Virus record (IMG/VR): IMGVR_UViG_3300028588_000001
Coordinates: 15,800 to 79,799 of that record
Origin: a virus
Taxonomy: Duplodnaviria > Caudoviricetes
Reading direction: 5' to 3' (one strand)
DNA: 64,000 nucleotides
The notes beneath the pieces are model-generated. The model was not told the origin of the DNA and did no database searches. It saw only the letters and a list, made by a program, of their open reading frames with translations. Made by a program: the position numbers and the translations under genes. Positions 23,897 through 32,492 of the stretch are shown in pieces (position 1 is the first letter of the stretch; every line of letters starts with the position of its first letter).

Positions 23897-26212
23897 ATGA
23901 CCGAAGCATTAGAAAAAGACCAGCGGGAGTATGAAGCGGCAGCGGCCGAAGGGTTCCAGCGCGACGACAACACCGCCTATGTCGCCATGGATGCGCTCGG
24001 CACCGTCCTGATCTCCGAATTCCAGCAGGCGGTTCTGGACCGGCGCGAGACCGAGCAGCGCTGGTTGCAGGACCTGCGCCAGTACAAGGGCATCTACGAC
24101 CCCGAGATCGAGCAGCGCATCGGCAGGAACCGCTCGAAGGCGTACGTGCGCGCTACCCGCGTCAAGGTCAAGACCGTCGACGCCCGCGTGGCGGATCTCC
24201 TGTTTCCGTCGAACTCCGACCGCAACTGGACGGCCGAGCCTACGCCGGTACCGTCGATCGACCGCCAGAGCAAGGTGGCGATCTTCGCACAGCTGGCCCA
24301 GGCCCTCGGCCGGGCGCCGAATCAGCGCGAGCAGGACGAAGCGGTGCGCAAGTACGTCAAGCGCGCGGCCGACAAGATGACCTCGATCATGGATGACCAG
24401 CTGTCCGAGGCCCGGTACCGCGAGACCGCGCGCGAGATCCTGCATTCCGGCCACCTGTACGGCACCGGCGTGCTCAAGGCGCCGCTGGTCGAGCGCAAGA
24501 CCCGCGACAAGTTCGTGTTGGAGCACGGCCGCTGGGTCATGAAGCAGGAAAGCTACGTCGTCCCGTTCGTGGACTACGTGCCCCTGTGGCGGTTCTACCC
24601 GGATATGTCGGCGACCCGGCTGGAGGACTGCAATTTCGTCTACGAGCTGCACCTGTTCACCCGGGCACAGATCGCGGCCCTGTCCAAGCGCAAGTCGTTC
24701 AAGGGCGACAAGATCCGCGCCTACATCCTCGCGAATCCGAAGGGCGCGCAGACCACCACGTCGTCCACCTACGACAACGAGATCCGCCAGATCGGCGTGC
24801 GCACCAATGCGCGCGTGAACCACGACGGCAAGTACGAAGTGATCGAGCGCTGGGGATACCTCGACGGCGAGCAGCTGTCCCAGGTCGGCGTGAAGGTACC
24901 GCAGGAACGGATGCACGAGACCTTCTTCGCGAATACCTGGCTGTTGCCGAACGGTGAAGTGATCAAGTGCGTGCTCCAGCCGATCAACGGCGTCACCTAC
25001 CCGTACCACCTGTACTACTGCGACAAGGACGAGACCAGCATCTTCGCGGACGGCTTCGCAGCCATCATGCGCGACGATCAGACCACCATCAACGCGGCAA
25101 CGCGCATGGTTCTCGACCACGCGGCGATCACGGCCGGCCCGCAGTTTGAAGTCAACATGAAGCTGCTCTCGCCGAGCGAGCGCGCCGACGATATGTACCC
25201 GTTCAAGCTGTGGAAGCGGAACGGCGAGGACGCCGCAAGCCCGGCGATCCGCGTGCTGAACGTGCCGCTGGGCCTGGAAGAGCTGCTTCCGATCGTTGAA
25301 ATGTTCCAGAAGAACGCCGACGACGTGACGGCGATCCCGCGCTACATGCAGGGCCAGAACGCCACCGGCGGCGCGGCCGGCACCGCGTCGGGCATGTCGA
25401 TGCTGCTGGCGAACGCCTCGATCGTCATGAAGGACTTGCTGACCAACTACGACGCCGTGACGCGCACCTTCATCACGGCCCTGTACAAGTGGAACATGCA
25501 GTTCAACCCGGACAACGACTGCAAGGGCGACTTCGACATCAAGGCGCGCGGCACTGCGTCCCTGATGGCGAAAGAGATCCGCGCCCAGCAGCTCGACCAG
25601 TTCGCCGCCACGCTCAGCCCCGACGACGCGCCCTATATCAAGCGCGAAGAGCTGCTGCGCCAGCGTGCCGAGGCCCACGACCTCCAAAGCATCATCAAGA
25701 GCGAGGAAGAAGTGCAGGCCGAGCAGAACAGCGAAGCGGCCAAGCAGCAAGCGCAGTTCGCCCAGAAGATGCAGGAGCTGCAAATGCAGCTGGCCGAGGC
25801 GAACGTGCACAAGGTCATCGGCGAAGTGCAGCGACTGTCCGCCCTGGTCGAGCAGCTGCAAGCGGCCGCCACGAAAACGAAGGTCGACACGGCCTATGCC
25901 GGCATGCAGGCGGGCGGCGTTGCCACCGAGCGGCCCGAGATTGCGCCTGCAGGCGATGCAATCCTCAAGTCGGCCGGCTACGTCGACAAGACACCGCAAG
26001 ATCCGGCGGCGCCAGTCATGCCGGCCGGCGCAGGAGCTGCGCAGGTCGATCCCGCTCAGCCGGGAATGACCAGCACCGACCCAGCGGCCGCGCCGCCGGC
26101 GCCAGTGCCAGCCGTGCCGGATCTCGCCGCGCAGCGCGACCCGCAAGGCGGCCAAGTCGGCGCCAACGTCGGCGAGCGTGCCGGTATCGAAACCCCAGCA
26201 ATCGAGAGCTAA
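23897..26212 (+). CDS. Portal protein (podovirus type)
   Basis: 771 aa after TerL, WLQDLRQYKGIY...LYGTGVLK, long Gln-rich C-terminal coiled-coil barrel. Confidence 0.92.
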   Translation: MTEALEKDQREYEAAAAEGFQRDDNTAYVAMDALGTVLISEFQQAVLDRRETEQRWLQDLRQYKGIYDPEIEQRIGRNRSKAYVRATRVKVKTVDARVADLLFPSNSDRNWTAEPTPVPSIDRQSKVAIFAQLAQALGRAPNQREQDEAVRKYVKRAADKMTSIMDDQLSEARYRETAREILHSGHLYGTGVLKAPLVERKTRDKFVLEHGRWVMKQESYVVPFVDYVPLWRFYPDMSATRLEDCNFVYELHLFTRAQIAALSKRKSFKGDKIRAYILANPKGAQTTTSSTYDNEIRQIGVRTNARVNHDGKYEVIERWGYLDGEQLSQVGVKVPQERMHETFFANTWLLPNGEVIKCVLQPINGVTYPYHLYYCDKDETSIFADGFAAIMRDDQTTINAATRMVLDHAAITAGPQFEVNMKLLSPSERADDMYPFKLWKRNGEDAASPAIRVLNVPLGLEELLPIVEMFQKNADDVTAIPRYMQGQNATGGAAGTASGMSMLLANASIVMKDLLTNYDAVTRTFITALYKWNMQFNPDNDCKGDFDIKARGTASLMAKEIRAQQLDQFAATLSPDDAPYIKREELLRQRAEAHDLQSIIKSEEEVQAEQNSEAAKQQAQFAQKMQELQMQLAEANVHKVIGEVQRLSALVEQLQAAATKTKVDTAYAGMQAGGVATERPEIAPAGDAILKSAGYVDKTPQDPAAPVMPAGAGAAQVDPAQPGMTSTDPAAAPPAPVPAVPDLAAQRDPQGGQVGANVGERAGIETPAIES

Positions 26213-26215
26213 CAC

Positions 26216-26518
26216 ATGACCTTTCCTCAAGTCGGCATGCCCATGGAGTACTGGCCGAGCCCGTGGGACCGTAGCGGGCCGGGCGCCATGGCCCAGCAGA
26301 CCGGCGTGCCCCTGTACGCCGTCGTCGTGGCGGTGAATTCGCCGCAGAACGTCAATCTGGCCGTGTTCGACGCGGCGGGCAAGCATCACGCCCGCACGTC
26401 GGTCCCGATCGTGCACAACCGCGCCCAGGATCTGCCGGCCAGCAGCGGCACCGCCTATGCGGAGCTGGCTGGTTCGCATCTGCACCGCACGCTGGCCGCG
26501 CAGGCTGTCCCGGCATGA
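26216..26518 (+). CDS. Conserved small phage protein
   Basis: PQVG...LYAVVVAVNSPQNVNLAVFDAAG, within the head operon. Confidence 0.7.
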   Translation: MTFPQVGMPMEYWPSPWDRSGPGAMAQQTGVPLYAVVVAVNSPQNVNLAVFDAAGKHHARTSVPIVHNRAQDLPASSGTAYAELAGSHLHRTLAAQAVPA

Positions 26519-26760
26519 TCGACATCGAGAAGCGCCGCGCACGCATCCATGCGGCCACGCAGGAGCTGCGCGAGTACCGCGCGATGCCGGAAACGAAGCT
26601 GATCCTGGCCCTGCTCGATAGCTTGGCCGTTGACCTGCTCGAAGATCTGGCCACTACCAAGCCGGAGCGCCTGCAATACACGCAAGGCGCGCTGGCCCAG
26701 GTGCGCGCGCTGCACCTCGCGATCAGTTCCGACGATCCCGACCGTTCCGCGAAAGCGTAA
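26515..26760 (+). CDS. Small helical head-module protein
   Basis: 81 aa, LQYTQGALAQVRAL, in the usual portal-scaffold interval. Confidence 0.7.
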   Translation: MIDIEKRRARIHAATQELREYRAMPETKLILALLDSLAVDLLEDLATTKPERLQYTQGALAQVRALHLAISSDDPDRSAKA

Positions 26761-26778
26761 ACACCGACCGCACGCATG

Positions 26779-26805
26779 AAACCCGCCCTTGAGCGGGTTT
26801 TTTTT
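26779..26805 (+). terminator. Intrinsic terminator
   Basis: AAACCCGC-ccttga-GCGGGTTTTTTTT. Confidence 0.75.
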
Positions 26806-26839
26806 CGTCCGCGCCGTCCATCCACACAGGAGAAACACC

Positions 26840-27715
26840 ATGGCAATCGCCACCAAAGACCAGCAAGACCAGGACGACGCCGATTTCGCGGCGCAGTTCG
26901 ACGCTCCCGACGCGGAGAAGAAGCAAATCAGCGAGGACGAAGCATTCGGCCTCGCCGATACCGACCCAGCCCCGGCCGCTGGCGAGGGCGAAGGCGCTAC
27001 CACCGATACGGGCGGCGCCGATGCAGCGGCCGCGCCGGCCGAAGCCACCGCCCAGGAACCGCAGGAAAGCGATGCCGAGAAGGCACTGCGCGAGCGTGAA
27101 GCCGCCGTGGCAGCGCGCGAGGCCGAGCTGGCCGCGAAGGAAGCCTCGATCTCGACCACCAACGTCGGCGAGACCCAGAACGACGGCGAAGGCAGCGGCG
27201 AAGGCGGTACCGGCGGCAGCGCCGGCGAGGACCCGGACGGCGACCCGGCGCAGCTGCTGGCCGACGACTTCGGCCCGGACTTCGTACAGCTGCTGACCCG
27301 CTTCATCAAGCAGATCTGCAAGGGCGAGCTGGGCGAAGGCCTGGGCAGCATCAACGCCACCGTGGATCAAGTGATCCACCACCTGACCAGCGAGCGTCAG
27401 GCCAACCACTTCAAGGCGATCAAGGACGCGCACGACGACTTCATGGAAGTGGTCGATTCGCCGGAATTCAGCGCGTGGAAGGGCTCGCAGGCCCCGGAAG
27501 AGCAAGACCGCCTGCAGCGCGTGGTCGACAGCGGCAGCGCCCAAGAAATCATCGACATGCTGACCGCCTTCAAGCAGTCGCGCGGCAACGGCGCATCGAC
27601 GGTGGACGAAAGCGCCCTGGACGACGCCGAGGGCGTGCGCAGCGGCGGCGGCATGTCGTTGCCGAGCGAGCCGGCGGCCGCCGACGACTACGCCCGGGCC
27701 TGGGATCAGGCCTGA
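26840..27715 (+). CDS. Capsid scaffolding protein
   Basis: Very acidic, low-complexity, 291 aa, AGGAGA RBS, directly before the capsid gene. Confidence 0.85.
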   Translation: MAIATKDQQDQDDADFAAQFDAPDAEKKQISEDEAFGLADTDPAPAAGEGEGATTDTGGADAAAAPAEATAQEPQESDAEKALREREAAVAAREAELAAKEASISTTNVGETQNDGEGSGEGGTGGSAGEDPDGDPAQLLADDFGPDFVQLLTRFIKQICKGELGEGLGSINATVDQVIHHLTSERQANHFKAIKDAHDDFMEVVDSPEFSAWKGSQAPEEQDRLQRVVDSGSAQEIIDMLTAFKQSRGNGASTVDESALDDAEGVRSGGGMSLPSEPAAADDYARAWDQA

Positions 27716-27822
27716 CACCCGTGCCAGTGCGGTCTCTCACTGGCAACGCTGCTGTTGACGCCTCAACAGATCCAAAACCCTCCCGGCCGCTCGGTCGACA
27801 AGCCACATAGATAGGAAATTCA

Positions 27823-28824
27823 ATGGCACAAACCAACTACGGCGATATCTCGCCGCGTACCGCCGCGTATGCAGAAAAAGAGCTGCTGAAACGCGCGCTC
27901 CCGTTCATGGTCATCGAGAAGTTCGGCCAGGCCAAGGCCCTGCCGGCAAACAACTCGAAAACGATGGTGTTCCGTCGCTACTCGGCACTGGACCCGACCC
28001 CGGCCGTGCTGACCGAAGGCGTCACCCCGGGCTCGCAAACCATGCAGTTCACCGACATCCCGGTGACGCTGGTTCAATACGGCTCGATGATCACGATCAG
28101 CGACGTGATCCTCGACACCCACGAGGACAACGTGCTGAACGAGGCGATCGAGCTGCTGGGCGAGCAGGCCGCCCAGATGGTCGAGCGCATGCGCTTCGGC
28201 GTGCTGCGCGCGGGCACCAACGTCGTCTACGCGAACGGTGCGAACCGTGGCGCGGTGAACACCCCGATCAACCTGACCGCGCAGCGCCGCGTCGTCAAGG
28301 CGCTGAAACGCCAGAACGCCGAGCAGATCACCAAAGTGGTCAAGTCCACCCCGGCATTCGGTACCGAAGCGGTGGCAAAGGCCTACATCGCCCTGATCCA
28401 CCCGGACATGGAAGCCGACGTGCGCAACATGGTCGGCGCCGACGGCCGCAGCGTGTTCGTGCCGGTCGAGAAGTACGGCACCATGACCCCGTACGAGAAC
28501 GAGATCGGCAAGGTGGAGGACGTGCGCTACCTGTCGTCCACCATCTTCACCCCTTGGGCGGACGCCGGCGCCGTCAAGGGCAACATGACGTCGACCAACG
28601 GCGCCCAGGCCGACGTGTACCCGGCCCTGTTCATCGGCGCAAACGCCTACGCGATCGTGGCCCTCAAGGGCATGTTCGCACTGACCCCGATGGTCGTGAA
28701 CCCGAAGCCGTCGGACAGCGACCCGATGGCCCAGCGCGGCCGCGTGGCCTTCAAGACCATGCAAGGTTGCGTGATCCTCAATGACCAGTTCATGGCCCGC
28801 CTGGAGGCGGCCGTCACCGCGTAA
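27823..28824 (+). CDS. Major capsid protein (N4-gp56 family)
   Basis: KFGQAKALPANNSKTMVFRRY...LTEGVTP...QYG...SDPMAQRGRVAFK. Confidence 0.95.
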   Translation: MAQTNYGDISPRTAAYAEKELLKRALPFMVIEKFGQAKALPANNSKTMVFRRYSALDPTPAVLTEGVTPGSQTMQFTDIPVTLVQYGSMITISDVILDTHEDNVLNEAIELLGEQAAQMVERMRFGVLRAGTNVVYANGANRGAVNTPINLTAQRRVVKALKRQNAEQITKVVKSTPAFGTEAVAKAYIALIHPDMEADVRNMVGADGRSVFVPVEKYGTMTPYENEIGKVEDVRYLSSTIFTPWADAGAVKGNMTSTNGAQADVYPALFIGANAYAIVALKGMFALTPMVVNPKPSDSDPMAQRGRVAFKTMQGCVILNDQFMARLEAAVTA

Positions 28825-28842
28825 TCGGTAGACCCGTCCCAT

Positions 28843-28874
28843 AAACGCCCGCCGCGCGCGGGCGTTTCCTTTTC
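28843..28874 (+). terminator. Intrinsic terminator after the capsid gene
   Basis: AAACGCCCGC-cgcgc-GCGGGCGTTTCCTTTT. Confidence 0.7.
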
Positions 28875-28894
28875 CAATTCAGGAGCATCAAAAC

Positions 28895-29248
28895 ATGGCA
28901 GCAAAAGACACCAGCGTTACCACCATCGACGACGAAACCCCAGCAGCCGCGGCCCCGCGCGCCAAAAAGATCGCCGTCACCGATGCGCACAGCGCAATGA
29001 GCGGCCAGATGGCCGAGATCACCATCCACTCGGGCGAAGGCGAAGCCGGCAAGCAGGCCGTTTTCCTGTCCATCAACGGCCATGGCATCCTGATTCCGCG
29101 CGGCGTGCCGTCGATCGTGCCGGCCGAAGTCGCCGAGATCCTCGATAACGCCACCATGACCGTCTACGAGGCAGGCGCGAACAACACGATCGTGTCGCGC
29201 GAAGTCAAGCGCTTCTCGTACAACGTCAAGGTCGGCATCGTCAAGTAA
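28895..29248 (+). CDS. Virion structural protein (N4 gp55-like position)
   Basis: VFLSINGHGILIPRGVPSIVPAEVAEILDNA. AGGAG RBS. Confidence 0.75.
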   Translation: MAAKDTSVTTIDDETPAAAAPRAKKIAVTDAHSAMSGQMAEITIHSGEGEAGKQAVFLSINGHGILIPRGVPSIVPAEVAEILDNATMTVYEAGANNTIVSREVKRFSYNVKVGIVK

Positions 29249-29257
29249 CGGCGAGCT

Positions 29258-29887
29258 ATGGCGGCCCTCTCTGACTTCATGCCGTACGTGCTGCCCTACG
29301 TCCCAGGCTGCACCTACCCGCTCGCCGAGCTGCACATCCGGCAGATCTGTATCGACTTCTGTGCGGCCTCATCGGTCGTACAGGAGCAGCTGGACCCGAT
29401 CGACGTGGTAGCCGGCCAGATCAATTACGACATCGACTCGGCACCGCATACCACACCCACGCTGGTCATCGAGGCCGCCTACCTGATGCGGCCGCTGGCC
29501 ATCATCAAGCAGGGCGACATCAACTTCCCGCGCGCCCACGAGTACCACGGCGAGCCGTTCGCGCTGATGCAGGCCGGCGACGGCACCTTCACGCTCGACC
29601 ACACCCCGGCCCAGGACATCGCCGGCGCGATCTCCCTGCTGGTGGCGACCAAGCCGGCCCGTAACGCGCAGAACGTCGCCGACCTGCTGCTGGACGACTA
29701 CGGCCACGAGATCGGCCAGGGCGCCGTCGGGCGCCTGCTGATGATCCCTGGCCACGAGTGGACGAATCCGGCCATCGCCGGCGCCTACACCCAGATCTAC
29801 GAGAGAGCGCGCACCGACGCCCGCATTCGTGCCGAAGCGTCATTCGGGCGCACGTCGACGCGCGTGCGATCGCGCCGCTTCGAGTGA
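29258..29887 (+). CDS. Head-tail adaptor-like protein
   Basis: 209 aa, DFMPYVLPYVPGC...CIDFC...IGQGAVGRLLMIPG..W. Confidence 0.75.
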   Translation: MAALSDFMPYVLPYVPGCTYPLAELHIRQICIDFCAASSVVQEQLDPIDVVAGQINYDIDSAPHTTPTLVIEAAYLMRPLAIIKQGDINFPRAHEYHGEPFALMQAGDGTFTLDHTPAQDIAGAISLLVATKPARNAQNVADLLLDDYGHEIGQGAVGRLLMIPGHEWTNPAIAGAYTQIYERARTDARIRAEASFGRTSTRVRSRRFE

Positions 29888-29890
29888 TCG

Positions 29891-29911
29891 AGCCCTTCGG
29901 GGCTTTTTTTT
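29891..29911 (+). terminator. Intrinsic terminator
   Basis: AGCCC-TTCG-GGGCT-T7. Confidence 0.75.
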
Positions 29912-29929
29912 CGCCTGTTGACTCCACCC

Positions 29930-30562
29930 ATGCCCACTACTACCGCCCTCTCGATCATCGATCGCGCCGCAAGCCTGCTCCAAGACACCGGCTACCGTCG
30001 CTGGCCCCAGGCGCGCCATCTGGAATGGCTGAACGAGGGCCAGCGCGAAGCGGCGATGCTCGACCCGACCCTCTACGTGGTGACGGACACCTTCACGCTC
30101 GAAAAGGGCACCAAGCAGGTATTGCCGGACGATGCGCGCGCGCTGCTGGACGTGCCGCGCAACGAGGACGGCTATGCGATCACGCTCGTGGCGCGCAAGT
30201 CGCTCGATGCCCAGGTACCCGACTGGCACGCGCCGAGCCGGGCAGGGCGCCGCGTCATTCACTTCGCCTTCGCCACGCTGGCCGATCCGTGCACCTTCTA
30301 CGTCTACCCGCCGTCACCCGGCGGCAATGCCGTGGAAGTGACCTACGAGGCGATTCCGCCGCTGGTCGGCCTGAACAGCCCGATCGCGATCCCCGATGAC
30401 TACGCCGGCGCCCTGGTCGACTACCTGATGTACCGCGCCTACGAGAAGGACAGCGAATACGGCGGCAATGCGGATCTCGCCGCGCTGCACCGCCAGAGCT
30501 TCGTGTCGATCGTGAAGGGAACGGGCGCCCCGCCCGCGCAGCCTGCCGCACCTGCCGCTTGA
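29930..30562 (+). CDS. Head-tail connector / tail tubular A-like protein (DUF6682-like)
   Basis: IIDRAASLLQD...RW...WLNEGQRE...ALVDYLMYRAYEKDSE. Confidence 0.8.
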   Translation: MPTTTALSIIDRAASLLQDTGYRRWPQARHLEWLNEGQREAAMLDPTLYVVTDTFTLEKGTKQVLPDDARALLDVPRNEDGYAITLVARKSLDAQVPDWHAPSRAGRRVIHFAFATLADPCTFYVYPPSPGGNAVEVTYEAIPPLVGLNSPIAIPDDYAGALVDYLMYRAYEKDSEYGGNADLAALHRQSFVSIVKGTGAPPAQPAAPAA

Positions 30563-30604
30563 CCCACCAGTTTCACCACCCACCAATCACTATAGGAGCC
30601 ACCA

Positions 30605-31015
30605 ATGGCAGGATTATCCGATTGGGCCGAGCAGCAAATGATCAACGCACTGCTGCGCGGCACCAACTTTGTCGCACCCGCGACGGCATCGCTGCGCCTC
30701 GCGCTGTTCACGGCCGACCCCACCGACGCCGGCAATCTGAACGAGGTCCCAAGCGGGACGTGGTACACGCGCCAGCCGACCGGCGCATGGACGGCACCGG
30801 CGCCGGCCGGCTCGGCCCAGCAGAGCACGAATGCGGCCTCGATCACCTTCCCGGCCGTCACGGTTTCGGCCGTTACCGTCACCCACGTCGGCATTTACGA
30901 CGCCAACACCGCCGGCAACATGCTGTTCTCGGCGCCGATGCAGTCCGCCAAGACCCTGCAAGTCGGCGACGTGCTGAGCTTCGCGCCCGGCACCCTGGTT
31001 GTCTCCGTCGACTGA
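30605..31015 (+). CDS. Small tail/fiber structural protein
   Basis: LALFTADPTD...EV...YTRQ...NAASITFPAVT...THVGIYDANTAGNMLF. Confidence 0.8.
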   Translation: MAGLSDWAEQQMINALLRGTNFVAPATASLRLALFTADPTDAGNLNEVPSGTWYTRQPTGAWTAPAPAGSAQQSTNAASITFPAVTVSAVTVTHVGIYDANTAGNMLFSAPMQSAKTLQVGDVLSFAPGTLVVSVD

Positions 31016-31026
31016 TCTAGCGGCCC

Positions 31027-32214
31027 ATGAATTCCTTCGGTCTCAATAGTGCGGCACTCAATGCCGGCGTAAACGCTTCCGTCCTCGGCGCCGCACTGTT
31101 GGCGGCCGTGGGAACTCTCACCGCAGCGCCGTTGCGTACGGCGCTGCTTCCAGATCCTGTAGTAATCAGCTCAGGCGCGCAGCTCGACGCGCTCGGCGTG
31201 CGCATGTGCCTGGGCGCCGCCAAAACAGCCGCCGCCACGGCGCTGTCGGCAGATGGCGTGATCGCGATCACTTCGTCCGCCGAGAGCCGCGCCACATCGA
31301 AGATGACGGCGCGCTACACCGACGTGTACGCGACCATCGGATCGAGCTTCGCCGTCGACGGCACGAGAGTCCTGATCGGCGCCGCTGCAAGCGCGGGCAC
31401 CTCGGCCATGACGGCCGAAGGCCAGCGCACCGCGTATTTCTTCACCTATCTGCCGGCGGCATCGGCAGGGTCCGCTGATGGCAGCGTCAAGCGCAGCGGC
31501 CAAGCAACAACCGATCGCGATGGTTATGTCGCGCCGATTAACGCCACCACCGGGTTCTCGGCAAATGGCCTGCGCACGGCAAACGGCCTGGCCGACATGG
31601 GCATCGCGGGCAGCTTCATCCCGGCCGACGCCCTCAAGACTCACGGCGGCCGCGCGCGCCTGGGCGTGTCGAGCAACTTGGATGCGCTGGCCTCTACCGA
31701 CGGGGCGTTCTCCCGATGGGGCTCGAACTTCACCGCGACGCCGCTCCACACGCACAACGCCGGCGCACAGCTGGTCGCGCGCACCACGCTGGACGTGCCG
31801 CCGATTGCCACGACGCAGGCATTTATCACGCGCGTAACGACCGTAATCGACTTCTTCGCCGACGGCCGCCTTGCACTGCGCGGAGCAGCCTCGCCCGCGT
31901 CGATGAGCCGCTTTACCTCGGCCGAGCGACTGGCCCAGCTGGGCAGTGCCTCCGCCGTGACGCAAAACGACCTCCTGGCCGCGCCATGGGTCTATCGGCC
32001 GGCATTCGCCGACATCCCGGCGTCCGGCTGGCTCACGGCCAGCGGCACGCGCGCCGCCAGCGGTCAAGCCGTCCTGGCCGTCACCGTCGGCTTTACCGCT
32101 GACCCAATCGCCAACCCGGGAACCCTGGCCCCGGCCAGCCGCAGCGTCCGAGTGCCCGCAGACCCGCGAAGCATGCGCATCCCCTACGAGAACCGGACCA
32201 TGAGGGCCACATGA
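31027..32214 (+). CDS. Ala/Gly/Thr-rich virion structural protein
   Basis: 395 aa, N-terminal FGLNSAALNA, within the tail operon. Confidence 0.7.
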   Translation: MNSFGLNSAALNAGVNASVLGAALLAAVGTLTAAPLRTALLPDPVVISSGAQLDALGVRMCLGAAKTAAATALSADGVIAITSSAESRATSKMTARYTDVYATIGSSFAVDGTRVLIGAAASAGTSAMTAEGQRTAYFFTYLPAASAGSADGSVKRSGQATTDRDGYVAPINATTGFSANGLRTANGLADMGIAGSFIPADALKTHGGRARLGVSSNLDALASTDGAFSRWGSNFTATPLHTHNAGAQLVARTTLDVPPIATTQAFITRVTTVIDFFADGRLALRGAASPASMSRFTSAERLAQLGSASAVTQNDLLAAPWVYRPAFADIPASGWLTASGTRAASGQAVLAVTVGFTADPIANPGTLAPASRSVRVPADPRSMRIPYENRTMRAT

Positions 32215-32492
32215 TTTTAGAAACATTCACCAAGCAGCCGCGCGAAAAGCTCGACTACGACGTGCTCTACGAGGACTGGCTCCCCGACACCGACCAGATC
32301 GACGCCGGCAAAAGCACCGTCACCGCCGACAAACCCGGCCTGAATGTCACTTTCACCGTCACGGGCAAAGTGGTGAAGGTGTGGATCAGCGGCGGCGCCA
32401 ACAAAACCACCTACAAGGTAACGCTCACGATCGAGACCGATGACGGCCGCGTGAAGCAGGACGAATTCATCGTGAAGGTCAAGGATTACTGA
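32211..32492 (+). CDS. Tail fiber adaptor-like protein
   Basis: FTKQPREKLDYDV...VKVWISGG...YKVTLTIETDDGR. Confidence 0.75.
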   Translation: MILETFTKQPREKLDYDVLYEDWLPDTDQIDAGKSTVTADKPGLNVTFTVTGKVVKVWISGGANKTTYKVTLTIETDDGRVKQDEFIVKVKDY

